From contig CM000151.3 in assembly GCA_000004695.1 (NCBI GenBank), positions 1,504,001-1,568,000 on the forward strand: a DNA stretch of 64,000 bases. The letters are read 5' to 3'. Under the pieces are notes generated by a model. It was not told the DNA's origin and ran no database searches. It worked only from the letters and a program-made list of their open reading frames with translations. This DNA is from Dictyostelium discoideum (lineage: Eukaryota). How positions within the stretch are numbered: the first letter of the stretch is position 1; each line of letters opens with the position of its first letter. The position numbers and the translations under genes were made by a program. Below are positions 11,537 to 25,991 of this stretch, piece by piece.

Positions 11537-14014
11537 ATGAAACAATCCATATCAAATTATCAATTAGCAAATATGGCATCACCATTCCCAACCAAAGGAC
11601 CATTATATAATTTATCAGGAAAATATAAAGATCTAAGTTTTAATCAAGTACACGAAAATGATGAAGCTAGAATTGTTATTGTAAGTTTATCATTATTATA
11701 TTTATTTTTTAAAAAATTATTAATTTTTTTTTTTTTTTAAAAAAATTAGTTAAATGAACCATCATTACCACAATGGATGGGTAGTATTCATCCAAATGGT
11801 TCATTATATGAAGAACCATTAGATTTATCAAAAGCAAAAGAAGAACATAAATTATTTAGAGAATTATTAGAGAAAGAAGGTTGTACAGTATTTACAGTTA
11901 GAGAGATATTGACAGGTAGTTATGATCAAACAAAGTCTGAGGATATTCAACATCGTGTGAAATTGGAGGATTTCGCATTCAATTCCATGCATTATGAATT
12001 GGATTCACAACAGAATGTTCAAGAGTTATCAACAGAGGATAAACTTTTAATTTCTGATCAATATAAAAAGAAATGTATCGAATGTATGAGTAATGAACAA
12101 TTGGTAGAGGTTATATTGACTAGACCAACCATACGTTTAAGAAAGAGTGAACGTGATACAGAGTTACTCTCTACAGAATATTCATTCAAGCCATTGGTTA
12201 ATTTAATCTTTCAAAGGGATCAACAAATTACCACTGCCGCTGGTATCGTGTTGGCTAGTCTAAGCTCACCAATTCGTGCACCCGAAGTGCAAGTCATGAA
12301 ATTGTGTTTCGAGATACTCGGTCTCCCAATCGTCGGTGAAATCCCCGAGCCTGGCAAATTGGAGGGTGGTGACTTTTACCCAGTGGGCAGAGACCTCTCG
12401 CTCATTGGTGTTGGTCTTAGAAGTAACTTTTACTCTGTTCAGTATATGATGGAAAACGATCTATTCGGGACAACTCGTGTGGCTGTGGTAAAGGATTATT
12501 TCGACCAAAATCAACAACGTATGCATTTGGACACCGTTTGCAATATCATTGATGAGCGTGTTATGTTGATCTTGGAGGATATCTGTGGCGAGGATTCCCC
12601 AATTCGTCGTTTGGTCGATGAGTATACTCGTGATGACGAGGGTAATTATCATTTGACAAGAAATGATGTAGAGTATTCTCAATACTTGAAAGAGGAAGGA
12701 TTCGATTTAATCTATGCTTCAAATCAAAATCAAAAAGATTATGGTTGCAATGGTTTAAACATTGGTAACGGTAAATTCATCGTTGTGGATAGAGCCACCG
12801 CTAAAACCATCGCTCGTTCAACCAAAACCAATAGTCAATTGTTATTTGTAGATTTCCGTACAGTCACTAAAATGTATGGTTCAGTACATTGTTGTTCTCA
12901 AGTAGTATCAAGATTCGATCGTCCAAGACCAGGTGGTTCATTACAACATTCACCATCAAGTGATAAATTATCACCACAAATAATTCGCCGTAATAGTAGG
13001 GACAGCAGCAGCGGTAGTGGTAGTGATCAAGATGAAGATGGTTCTGATAAATTTTTAATGATTTCACCAACTGATTTCGTAAAGGATAGAATTGGTATGA
13101 ATGCAAGTTTAATTCGTCAACAAAGACAATTGATTTTACAAGATTATTCAAAACTTCATAAACTTTTAGTAGATGCTGGTGTACGTGTACATTTATTCTG
13201 TCATGAACCATATCATCGTACTGATAAAGCTGTTTTCGTTGCAGACTGGTTTTCAACACATGATAGAGATGAAATTAAATCAACTGAAAAGAATACCTTG
13301 GTACTTTATCCACTCTCAAATCAATCAAGAAGAAGAGAAAGAAGAGCTGATATCCTTAAATTTGGTTTCCTTCCAAAGTATACTCGTGTTTTAGATTTTA
13401 CCCCATGTGAACAAGGTAAATTAGAATACAATGAAACAACAATTGAACAATTTATTAAAGATAGTAGTAGTTTAGATGAATCATCATCACCATCAATTAA
13501 TGGAGATGATGGTTACTTTATTGATTTTAGTGAAATCGTTTTAGATAGAGAACATAGATTAGCATATTGTTCTACAAAGAATGATCGTCAATCAAAATTC
13601 ATCGACCTTTGGGCAAGTGCTTTAGGTTATAAAGTCATTAAAATCAATTCAAAAGAGGCAGCAAATAAATTCATTTTCATTGGTTCTAAATTTGCTCTCT
13701 TTTGTCCAAATGCTTTAAGTTCAAAAGAACAATCAGAAGAGGTAATTCAAGCTTTACAAACTACCTCTGCTAAAAAAGTCATTGAAATCACTGAAGAACA
13801 AATGAATAATTCTTGCGCAAAGATTATTCAAGTTAAAGGTAATCAAAAAACTCATCTCTTAATGTCCGATAAAGTAATGAACTCTTTTACTTCTAATCAA
13901 TTAACTGAATTAAAATCCTATGTTGATCAATTATTACATGCCGATATGTCAAATTTAGAAAATATGGGTGCTCATAATGATGGTATGATTAGTATGTTGG
14001 GTAGATTAGTTTAA
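11537..14014 (+). CDS. Arginine deiminase-like / amidinotransferase (GME) superfamily protein, about 802 aa. Exon 1 is 11537..11680, the intron is 11681..11749 (GTAAGT...ATTAG), and exon 2 is 11750..14014.
   Basis: The motifs KLEGGDFYPVG, MHLDTVCNII and a C-terminal catalytic-Cys motif GSVHCCSQVV match the ADI/DDAH/amidinotransferase fold (E-G-G-D, HLDT-F, H-C near the C-terminus of the domain). Exon 1 (MKQSISNYQLANMASPFPTKGPLYNLSGKYKDLSFNQVHENDEARIVI) joins in phase 0 to LNEPSLPQWMGSIHPNG.... The C-terminal ~350 aa has an unassigned fold. Confidence 0.65.
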
Positions 14015-14513
14015 ATTAAAAAATAATAATAATAAATCAAAATCAAAATCAAAATCAATCAAAATCAAAATCGAAATCAAAAATTATTAAAATAATAACT
14101 ATAATAATAATGAAAGTAATAATATTTTATAAAAATAAAAATAATTATAATGTTATAAAAAAAAAAAATAAAAAAAAAATATCTTTTTTTGGTAAAATTT
14201 TTTTTCTTTTTTTTTTTAATTTAAAATAATAATAATAATATTAATAATAATAAAATAATAAACAAAAATAGAAATAAGTAAATAAAAAAAAAAAAAAAAA
14301 AAAAAATTAAATAAATCATTCTGTGTGTGTGTATGTGTGTGTGTTTTTTTTATTTTATTATTTATTTTTTATTTTTATTTTTATTATTTTTTTTTTCCTT
14401 TTTTTTTTTTCCTTTTTTTTTTATTATCATTTATTTTTTCAAACAAAATTAAACACATCACACAACAAAAAAAAAAAAAGTTTATTTTCAAATTAAAACA
14501 AATAATTAAAAGA

Positions 14514-15610
14514 ATGACAGAAGATTATATAAGATTATTTAGTCAAACTGCAATTGCAGATTTAGATAAAAATACAATGGTATCAATAAAGAAATCAGAA
14601 GATGTTGAGAAATTGTTAAGTGTATTATATGAAAATTCTTTATCAAGTTTACCAGTTATTGATGGGGAAGGAAAGAGAGTTATTGGATTCGTTGATACAA
14701 ATGATGTTTTATCATTATTGGCCAAACTTAAATTATCAAGTGATTCAAGTGATGATGATATTCGTTTATATTCAATTGGTTTCTTGAATTCAAATGTTAA
14801 TAATATAATGGATGAAAAAAAGAAAGATCAATTCGTAGTAGTATTAGAAGAGCAAAGTTTATTTGAAGTTTTAAAACTTTATGCAAATGGTGTACATAGA
14901 TTAGCATTGTTGACGGTTTTCTCGGATATTGAAAATATAGTTTCTCAATCGAATGTTATCAAATTTTTAAATAATAATCTATCGGTTTTAGGTCAATTGG
15001 GTGATACTACAATTGGTAGTAGTTTAATTAAGCCTTTCTTACCATCAAAAGAATCTTTAATTACTACAAAATCATCAACATTAACAATAGATTCTTTTAA
15101 AATTATGAATACTCATAAATGTTCTGCAATTCCAGTTTTAGAAGATTCAACAAATAAAATCATTGGTACATTAAGTGTTAATGATTTATATGGCATTAAT
15201 CAATCAACAATTAAATTATTATTAAATCCAACTGGTGAATTTATTAATTTAGATAATTCAAAAATTAAATCAAATAAAAATGTAATTAATAATAAAATAA
15301 ATAATAATAATAATAATAATAAGATTATTTAAAAAATATTAACATTATATTTTTTTAATTATATATGTAGAAACCTAATCATCAAATAGTTTTAAAACTT
15401 AATAATACATTTAAAGAAGCAATTCAAATTATATCAAATAATAAAGTTCATAGAATTTGGATTGTTGATGATAATAATATTCCAATATCATTAATATCAT
15501 TAACTGATATTTGCAAAATTATTGTAGAAGCTCCTTATCTACTTGAAGATCAACAAACTAATAATAACCAAAGAAATAGCGATAATTCAACTACAAACCA
15601 AAATAAATAA
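14514..15610 (+). CDS. CBS-domain pair protein, about 335 aa. Exon 1 is 14514..15281, the intron is 15282..15370 (GTAATT...TGTAG), and exon 2 is 15371..15610.
   Basis: The true ATG at 14514 (MTEDYIRLFSQ...) is in frame with the tool ORF 14325..15332, whose poly-F prefix is untranslated leader. CBS-like segments: ...LSSLPVIDGEGKRVIGFVDTNDVLSLL..., ...CSAIPVLEDSTNKIIGTLSVNDLY.... Exon 2 (...KVHRIWIVDDNNIPISLISLTDICKIIVEAP...) reads stop-free for 80 codons after a phase-0 GTAATT donor at 15282. Confidence 0.6.
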
Positions 15611-15823
15611 AATATAATAAAATAAAAAATAATAATAAAATAAATAAATAAATAAAATAGAAATATAAATATAAATATAAATATAAATTAAAACAAATTA
15701 GGTTTTATTTTTTTTTTTAATGTTCTTATTTATTTATTTATTTATTTATTTTTAAAAATAAGATAATATTATTTAATATTATTATATGTTTGTGTATTTT
15801 TAATAATACAATTATATAATATA

Positions 15824-15854
<31 letters not shown>

Positions 15855-16066
15855 TGAATTTGAAATATATATATAAGAGTATTTAAACACCATTATATAT
15901 AATTACATCCCTTCCCTTCTTTTTTTCTTTTTTCCTTTTTTTTTTTTTCTTTTTTCTTTTCTTCTTTTTCTTTTTTTCTTCATGTTCATTTTCTTTTAAA
16001 AGGAGAAGGTTGTTGAAATAGTTTTTATTATTGTTGTTCTTATCTACTATTTTATATGGTTTAATG

Positions 16067-16570
16067 TTAGAATGATAATTCATCATTCTCTTTAGTTTGT
16101 AAACCTAATTGCACAGAGGTGAGTTTAAATTTTAATCTAATTTCACTTAGTGTATTCATTATATTTTCATCATTAAAATCTAAATGATAATCTTCTAATA
16201 ATTTGGTTAATTTCTCTAAATTTTGAATTCCTCTATTTGAATAAAAAAAAAAAAAAAAAGTTAGTGTAAATTAAAAAAAAAAGAGACAGACTATTACTAT
16301 ATACAATAAACTTTACCTAACAGAGAATTTTAAATTATTTTTATTATTGTTATTATTATTATTATTATTATTATTTATAGATACTAAATGATTCCAAACT
16401 GTTACACATGATTGATAATAACCAATTTCTTGACCTAATTCAATACCCTTTTCAAATCCTAATTGATAACCTTCAACATAACCTAATCTTTTACCATCAT
16501 CAATACCTTGTTCTTTTGATGAAATATATGCATCTGATTCTACTGATAATAATTGATCAAATTCTTTCAT
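16067..16570 (-). CDS. LTO1/ORAOV1-like Yae1-domain protein, about 139 aa. Exon 1 is 16317..16570, the intron is about 16233..16316 (GTAAAG...AAATAG), and exon 2 is 16067..16232.
   Basis: The Yae1 deca-GxxxG-like motif ...GKRLGYVEGYQLGFEKGIELGQEIGYYQSC... is present. The ORF ends in poly-N then FSV-R at a GTAAAG donor. The downstream exon reads stop-free for 55 codons (RGIQNLEKLTKLLEDYHLDFNDENIMNTLSEIRLKFKLTSVQLGLQTKENDELSF*). Confidence 0.5.
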
Positions 16571-16759
16571 TTTTTTTTTACTTATTTTTGGAGTTTTAAA
16601 TAATGAAAAAAAAAAAAAAAAAAAAATTTAAAAAAATCCCTCGTTTTTTTTTTTTTTACTTTTTTTTTTTTTATTTTTTTTTTTTTTTATTAAATAATCT
16701 TTACCACAAAATTTATAAATCTTTTTTTTTTTTTTATTTATTTTTTTAAAAAAAAAAAG

Positions 16760-17299
16760 ATGGAATCAATAAAGAGTAATAATAAAGGTACATGTTGGTT
16801 TGATTGGGATGAATGGAAGAATATTTATAATAAATTATATTCAACAGATGAAAATGAACAAAGAAAAGCAATAAAGAGATTATCAGCATGGAGAAGTAGA
16901 AATAAATTACCAATATCAATTGAAGTTACAGGATATTTTGTAGAATTAAATTTAAATAGAAATTGTAGATCACAAAATGAATTAGAATTAGGGTTATCAA
17001 TGGCAATATCACGTATGGTAAATGGATTTGTTGATTCAACACGTGATATCTTAAAATTAAATAAAATCAATATGTTTAAGAAAGCAAATGAAATTAATTT
17101 ACCAACTATGTTTGTTGATATTAGACATGAATCAAGTCATGGTAAATTACCACATTTACAATTACTAAAACCAATTTCAATCACTGCTTTAGATTGGTTA
17201 AATGATTACTATTGGAAACCACAATTAACTCATTTACATTCACATTTTCAAAAAATTCGTTCATTTTTAAATATTTATAAAATCCAATCAGAGTTTGTA

Positions 17300-17330
<31 letters not shown>

Positions 17331-18810
17331 TTAAAAAATAATTTAATAAAAATATTAATATTAATTAATATTTTTAAATAAATAAATATAGAGAAGATAA
17401 TGGATTTATAAGGTATATTGAAGAATCAATGGAATTATTTAATGATATTAGTTCAGATATTTTAGGTAATATAATGATACCAATTTTAATTGATGAAGAT
17501 TATTTAATTTCAAATGAATTTTTACCACAAACAAATTCATATGCACATATTCCAAGTCAATTGAAAAAAATATATCAACCACTTCTTCAATTCCTTCATT
17601 CGAAATATCCTCATTTCTTAATTATTATTCTTTATCTTTTAATTGATAGAATTTGTAAATTTAAATTTTTACCACCACAATCAAAAAAACAAAAATCAAC
17701 TCCAATTCCATTAAATGATAATCAAGTATGTATTAATTTAATTTAATTTAGTAGTAATAATAATAATTATAATAATTATAATTTATCAATAATATTGATT
17801 ATTAATCATTTTAATTTTATTTTTTATAAAAGATTATTGAAAGTAAAATTTCATTAATGACACATTGGACATTATATTTTTTACAAGAATTTAATATTAC
17901 AGTTAAAAAACAAGAAGGTTTAGTTAATTATAAAATCGATTTACCATATAGACATATATTAGAGAAATGTATTGAAAATATTCATTCAAAATATTGTCAA
18001 AAGATTTTAAATGTTGCAATGAAGAAAAATTTAGATGGAAGTAAAAGAGTATATACAACAGCAACAAATAAAAAAAAGAATAAATTAAATTCAGCAACTA
18101 TTTCAAATTTGGACTCAACTGATTTAGATTTAGATCCTGATGAAAAAATAAATGATTCTGGTGAACCTCAAATAAACTATTCAGTCGATCAAGTTTTATC
18201 AAATTTAAATAGTAATAATAATAGTAGTGATATTAAAAATTTATCAACATCAACTTCAACTTCAAAATCAACAAAGTGGAAATTGCAAAATCAATGGATT
18301 TCCTCACCAATTGGTGTATTACCACCTCCAAATGATCAAAATTCTTCAACTTTTGATTTGTTGGATGACTTGGATGATAATTTAGATCTTGGTAATTTCG
18401 TTGAAGTTTCTTCAGTAGATTATACCACTAAAGATCCATCATTACACAATAGTCAATCTTTATTTTCAAAAATTAAAAATATATATCCAAATTTAAATAA
18501 GAATTCAATCATAAGAAAAGAATTTGTAAATGAAATTAAAAATGAAAAAGAAAATGAAAAAGAAAAAGAAAATAAAAATGAAAAAGAAAATAAAAATGAA
18601 AATGAAAATGAAAAGAATAAAGATGAAAATGAAAACAACAAAGATGAAAATGAAAAGAATGAAGAAGATGATGATGTAATTGAAATACCCCAACCAATTT
18701 TAAAAAAACAAAAAACCTCAACAACTTCAAGTGTTCCAAAAAAAAACCAACAAAAAGGAAAAACAAAAGGAAAAAGTAATGCTTTAGATGACTTTTTATT
18801 TTGGAAATAA
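16760..18810 (+). CDS. LAS1/LAS1L-like nucleolar HEPN endoribonuclease homolog, about 615 aa. Exon 1 is 16760..17292, exon 2 is about 17392..17725, and exon 3 is 17833..18810. The C-terminus is Asn/Lys/Glu-rich.
   Basis: The N-terminus WFDWDEWKNIYNKLYSTDENEQRKAIKRLSAWRSRNKLPISIEVTGYFVEL matches the conserved Las1 block (W..EW..V...L.......A...I.AWRSR..LP.AVE.TA). The RHESSHG motif matches the Las1 RHxxTH HEPN catalytic motif. The three tool ORFs (16760, 17429, 17857) join through GTTTGT...ATATAG (phase 2) and GTATGT...AAAAG (phase 0) introns. Confidence 0.55.
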
Positions 18811-18911
18811 ATAAATAAATAAAAATAAAAAGGATTTGATCTTTTTTGTTTTAATATTACATTTATTATTATTTTATATTATTTATTTTTTTTTTTATTT
18901 TTTTTTTTTAA

Positions 18912-20243
18912 TTAAAATAATCTTGGATCATTTTTTCTTTCCCAAACAGGGTAACGATTACGATTACAATTATAAAACCATGGTAAAATAGCGACTTCTT
19001 TTTTAAAGAAATCATCCATTGTGCTAATATCTTGAATTTTATAAGCGTGGTCAGATTTTGTTTCTAATAAACGAAGTTCTAATTTTTGAATATTTCCATT
19101 TTGAATGTCATCTGAAAAATTTTTAACATGAGTTTCATTTTTGATACCACATTCAGTACATGATAAATATTTCACCATTTGGAATGGTAAATAACCATAA
19201 TGAGTCATATGCATTCCACCCAGCATATAGTGACCCGAAGTACCACGATTTCTAGATGGTGCTTTAGTTGTTGATTTTGCTCTTTTCAATGTATAAAAAG
19301 TCGGATCACCAAGTGTATATGGATTATTTGGTACTGAATAAAAAGGTTTAAAAACTTGATTAATTGGACCATACGGGAACCAAATACCAATATCAACAAT
19401 ATCAACACTTTTTCTAAATTGGCAATTCTTTAAATAATGTAAATTAATTCTTGCACTGATTTCATCGGTATCGCCAAACCCAATAATATCATCATCACCA
19501 TATTGGTTTGTTCTCTCATTCCAGTATAAAAACTTTTGCCAACGACGAGTTTCCTGATAACTTTCTGCATCGAATAAACCTTTACCATTCTCTTCATCAG
19601 TATCATCTAAAATTAAATGTACAACTTTATCTTGAAATTTAATGAAACGATCTTGAAATTTAACATGTTCCCAAATCAATGGTTTTTTCATTTTATGATA
19701 ATGTGTTACTGTTGATTCGAGAATAAAGAAATGGTCAATAACATCATATAATTCATTTAAATGAACTTCTAAAACATCAATATCGAAACCAATTTGTACC
19801 ATGTGTCCGATTTTAACAGGTTTATCACGTTTACCTGAGAATACTCTTGGATATTTCCCACAAACAGAATTATTAATAATTGGTAAAGGTTCAGGTTTAC
19901 ATGATTCATTAATTGGCACTAATGGCGGTTCAATTAAATAGTTTGATAATGTTAAAATCAACATTTGTGAATATTTATCTGTATTTTCAGTTTTACCAGT
20001 TCTTGCTGCTGCTTTAAAATCCTCCCATGGGAAATTATTCATGTCCTGTGTAAAATTCTTTCCTCTAAATTCATAATCTATATTATAATTTGATACTTGT
20101 TGTTTGTTATTTGATAAGTGATATATATTTTCTGTTTGGTAAACTTTTATAGATTGAGATAGATTTGGTAACAAATAAATCGTGTAGGTCGCCACAAAAA
20201 TTAGACCAATTAAAACAACAATCCTTGCAATTGTGTTGTTCAT
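18912..20243 (-). CDS. Glycosyltransferase family 17 (GnT-III / MGAT3-like beta-1,4-GlcNAc transferase) type-II membrane protein, paralog 1, 443 aa, single exon.
   Basis: N-terminal TM anchor MNNTIARIVVLIGLIFVATYTIYLL. The catalytic region aligns to the MGAT3 blocks: FDIDVLEVHLNELYDVIDHFFILESTVTHYHKMKKPLIW matches DLLDVRFHELGDVVDAFVVCESNFTAYGEPRPLKF, and DDIIGFGDTDEISARINLHYLKNCQ matches DDVFIIDDADEIPARDGVLFLKLYDG. The C-terminus ...WFYNCNRNRYPVWERKNDPRLF is conserved. Confidence 0.8.
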   Translation of the reverse strand: MNNTIARIVVLIGLIFVATYTIYLLPNLSQSIKVYQTENIYHLSNNKQQVSNYNIDYEFRGKNFTQDMNNFPWEDFKAAARTGKTENTDKYSQMLILTLSNYLIEPPLVPINESCKPEPLPIINNSVCGKYPRVFSGKRDKPVKIGHMVQIGFDIDVLEVHLNELYDVIDHFFILESTVTHYHKMKKPLIWEHVKFQDRFIKFQDKVVHLILDDTDEENGKGLFDAESYQETRRWQKFLYWNERTNQYGDDDIIGFGDTDEISARINLHYLKNCQFRKSVDIVDIGIWFPYGPINQVFKPFYSVPNNPYTLGDPTFYTLKRAKSTTKAPSRNRGTSGHYMLGGMHMTHYGYLPFQMVKYLSCTECGIKNETHVKNFSDDIQNGNIQKLELRLLETKSDHAYKIQDISTMDDFFKKEVAILPWFYNCNRNRYPVWERKNDPRLF

Positions 20244-20937
20244 TATATTTTTTTTTTTTTTTTTTCTTTTTATTTTTATTTTTTTTTTTTTTTTTTCATA
20301 AAAAATAATTAAAATTTAAAAAAAATGCTATTTATATATATATATATAGATACCGAGATTTTTAAAAAACCAAAAATTTTACCACACTAAAACAATCGGA
20401 CTATTTCCAATTTTTTTTATTTATTTAATTTTTTAAATGATTAAAAAAAATTTTTTTTCCAATTTGCAAGAAAAACATTCACACTAAATTTCATAAAACA
20501 AAAAAACACTTTTTTTTTTTCTTTTTTTTTTTCTTTTTTTTTTTTATTTCTCCTTCAACTATTCACCAAAAAAAAAAAAAAAAACAAATTAAAAATCCAA
20601 AATATCTTGATGATGAGGGGGAATTTTTTTTTTTTTTTTCTTTTTTTTTTTTTATGAAATTCAAAAAAAAAAAAATAAATAAAAAATAAAAAATCGAACG
20701 AGTTCTTTGAAAACTGGTCCAAGTGTCTTTTGAAAGTGACTTTAAAATTCGAAAGGGTGGTTTTCACCAAGAGGCATTCAAAAATTATTGCTATTGTTTT
20801 TTTTTTTTTTTTTTCAAACCATTTCATACATCTTAAACGATTGTTGTTTTTTTTTTATCAAACCATTTCATACATCTTAAACGATTATTGTTTTTTTTTT
20901 ATTTTTTTTTATTTTTTATTTATTTATTTATTATATT

Positions 20938-22871
<1,934 letters not shown>

Positions 22872-22893
22872 TTTTTAAAAAATGGATCCTAAT

Positions 22894-22934
<41 letters not shown>

Positions 22935-23026
22935 AATAAGTTTTTTTTTTTTAATTATTATAATTAATATTTATAGTTTTGCATATATATATTATTCTGT
23001 ATTGACATTTACAAGAATTTCGCTTT

Positions 23027-23057
<31 letters not shown>

Positions 23058-23798
23058 TAAAATTATCCATATAAAAATATAAAAAAAATATAAAATATAA
23101 AAAAAAAACCTTTATGAAAAAAAAAGGTTAGAGGAAGTCCTAGATAAATAAAAAAAAAAAAAATTTCTGCGAAAGGAAGAAAAAAAATAAAAATAATAAT
23201 AATAAAAAAAAATTAAATTAAAAAGTAGTTAAAAATTTTGGTGCCAAAGGATGTACAAAAAATCCAAAATGTAAAGAACTCTTTTTTTAGATTTTTTTTT
23301 TTCCGTTTTTTTTATAAAATATTATTTTTTTTAATTATTTTTTTATTTTCGTGCATTAAAATTTTAATTCTTTTAATCGTGCATGCCTTGTCAGTCTGTC
23401 AAAAAAAAAATTTTTTTTTTTTTTTCGCCATGATGACATTTTAAAATTAAAAAAAAAAAAAAAAAGAAATTTGAATTGGAACTGGTAATTTGAAAAAAAT
23501 ATATATATTTTTTTTTTTACACATATATTCCCAAATTTATTTTATTTAGTTTTGTAAATGTAAAATTATATCTTTATTAACTAAAAAAATAATAATAATA
23601 ATAATAATAAATAAATTGAATTGAAACATTAAAAAAATTAAAAATTAATTATTCGCATAATGAAAAAAGAGGTTATGTGAAAATTTTGAAAAAAAAAAAA
23701 AATATCTGGTTCAAGTTGATTTTTTTTTTTGATTGAAAATTTGGTTATTTTTATTCTTTACTTTTAAAAATAAAAAAAGAAAAAGAATTTGTCAAATG

Positions 23799-23832
<34 letters not shown>

Positions 23833-24021
23833 ATATTTATTCTTTTTATTTTTCTCATTTTTCCACCTTTTTTTTTTTTTTAAAATCTTTTTTTTTTATT
23901 AATACACTATTTTGGTCATAATTTTTTTTTTTTATTTGAAAATTTAAAGAAAAATTAAAAAAAATTTAAAAAAAAAAAAAAATTAAATATAATTCTAAAA
24001 CTGTTGCTTGGATTTAAAATT

Positions 24022-25509
24022 TTAAAATAATCTTGGATCATTTTTTCTTTCCCAAACAGGGTAACGATTACGATTACAATTATAAAACCATGGTAAAATT
24101 GCGACTTCTTTTTTAAAGAAATCATCCATACTACTTAATTTTGAAATTTTATGAACATGATCAGATTTTGTTTTTCCTAGACGAAGTTCTAATTCTTGGA
24201 TTTTACCATTTAGAATATCATCTGAAAAATTTGTAATTTGATCCTCTCTTGTTATACCACATTCAGTACATGATAAATATTTCACCATTTGGAATGGTAA
24301 ATAACCATAATGAGACATATGCATTCCACCCAACATATAGTGACCTGAGGTACCACGATTTCTAGATGGTGGGTCAGATTTTGGTTTTGCTTTTGCCTTT
24401 TTCAATGTGTAATAAGTTGGATCACCGAGTGTGTATGGATTGCCTGGTACTGGGTAACCCGGTCTGAAGACTTGGTCAATTGGACCGTACGGGAACCAAA
24501 CGCCAATATCTACAGCATAGATATCTTTAATTTGACAATTCTTTAATAAATGTAAATTAATTCTTGCACTGATCTCATCGGTATCGCCAAACCCGATAAT
24601 GTCCTCATCACCATATAGATTCGTTCTTTTATTCCAGTCTAAGAATTTCTCCCAACGACGGGTTTCCTGATACCTTTCAGCATCAAACATATCTTTACCA
24701 TTCTCTTCATCAGTATCATCTAAAATCAAATGCACCACTTTATCTTGAAATTTAATGAAACGATCTTGAAATTTAACATGTTCCCAAATCAATGGTTTCA
24801 ACATCCTATGATAATGTGTTACTGTTGACTCTATTATAAAGAAATGATCTACAATATCGTATAACTCATTTAAATGAATTTCTAAAACATCAACATCGAA
24901 ACCAATTTGTACCAAGTGTCCGATTTTAACAGGTTTATCACGTTTACCTGAGAATACCTCTGGATATTTCCCACAAACATCATCACTAGGAGTTGGTAAT
25001 GGTTCAGGTTTACATGATTCATTAATTGGTACTAATGGTGGCTCAATCAAATATTTTGCTAATGTTAAAATCAACATTTGTGAATATTTATCTGTATTTT
25101 CAGTTTTACCAGTTCTTGCTGCTGCTTTAAATTCCTCCCATGGGAAGTTTTTCATATCAAGTGGGAAATCTCTTTCATGACCTAAATCTCCAACTATAAT
25201 TTTTTTTGTTTGTTCTGGTGTTGTTGTTAGTGCTGGTGTTGTTGTTGGTTTTGGTGTTTGAGTTTCTGTTGGAGTTTCTGTTGGAGTTTCTGTTGGAGTT
25301 TCTGTTGGAGTTTCTGTTGGTGTTTGGGTTTGTATTTGTGTTTGTGTTGGTGTTGGTGTATGAATTATATCTGTTTTTGAATAATTGTTTGTGGGTTGAC
25401 TGTAACTTGGTAATAAATATACAATAGATGCTAAAATAGTAATGCCAACTAAAACAAAAACCCACAGACGTGTACTGTTTAACATTTTTCTTTTCTTAAT
25501 ATTACACAA
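24022..25509 (-). CDS. GT17 (GnT-III-like) type-II membrane glycosyltransferase, paralog 2, about 487-495 aa, with a Pro/Thr-rich (PTETPTET...) mucin-like stem region.
   Basis: Shares the GT17 blocks with paralog 1 at over 80% identity. Stem TPTPTQTQIQTQTPTETPTETPTETPTETPTETQTPKPTTTPALTTTPEQT. TM MLNSTRLWVFVLVGITILASIVYLL. The true start may be the second Met (25485). Confidence 0.8.
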   Translation of the reverse strand: MCNIKKRKMLNSTRLWVFVLVGITILASIVYLLPSYSQPTNNYSKTDIIHTPTPTQTQIQTQTPTETPTETPTETPTETPTETQTPKPTTTPALTTTPEQTKKIIVGDLGHERDFPLDMKNFPWEEFKAAARTGKTENTDKYSQMLILTLAKYLIEPPLVPINESCKPEPLPTPSDDVCGKYPEVFSGKRDKPVKIGHLVQIGFDVDVLEIHLNELYDIVDHFFIIESTVTHYHRMLKPLIWEHVKFQDRFIKFQDKVVHLILDDTDEENGKDMFDAERYQETRRWEKFLDWNKRTNLYGDEDIIGFGDTDEISARINLHLLKNCQIKDIYAVDIGVWFPYGPIDQVFRPGYPVPGNPYTLGDPTYYTLKKAKAKPKSDPPSRNRGTSGHYMLGGMHMSHYGYLPFQMVKYLSCTECGITREDQITNFSDDILNGKIQELELRLGKTKSDHVHKISKLSSMDDFFKKEVAILPWFYNCNRNRYPVWERKNDPRLF

Positions 25510-25991
25510 TTTATAAAGTTTGTTTTTTTTTTTTTAATTTATTATTATTATTATATTATTATTATTATTATTATTATTTTAATATATACCTATTTATTTT
25601 TAATGAAATTATTTTTTATGTGAGAAATTTTAAACACTTTTTTTCAACCTTTTTTTCAAACTTTTTTTTATTTCGCCCAACTGTTTTTTTTTTTTTTGTG
25701 CACTGTAAATTTTGCCAAGTTGTCAAAAAAAAAAATCTGAAAAAAAAAAAAAAAAAAAAAATTAAATAAAAAAAACCTAAAACCAAATAATTAAAAAAAA
25801 AAAACTAAAAACAAGCACATTGGTTTTGGTTTATATATTTATTAGTTTTACATTTATTAGTTAACAAGTTTTGACAATTATTAATAATTTAACGCTTATT
25901 TCCAATTAAAAATTTTTTCTTTTTTTCTTTTTTTTTTTTTTTTTTTTTCTTTTCTTTTTTTTTTTTTATATTATTAGATTATTATTAAATT

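Noticed and set aside
15883-16086. 67-aa ORF (-) MMNYHSNIKPYKIVDKNNNN...KKKKKK
   Set aside because: It overlaps the last exon of the LTO1-like gene in a different frame and is dominated by a poly-K run from poly-A. The spliced model in the other frame gives a stop-free 55-codon exon with sensible composition.
20690-20790. Relatively GC-richer stretch (aatcgaacgagttctttgaaaactggtccaagtgtc...) checked as a possible tRNA
   Set aside because: There is no cloverleaf-compatible acceptor/T-arm (no GGTTCGA-type T-loop). It is more likely 5'-UTR/promoter of the GT17 paralog 1 / sulfotransferase region.
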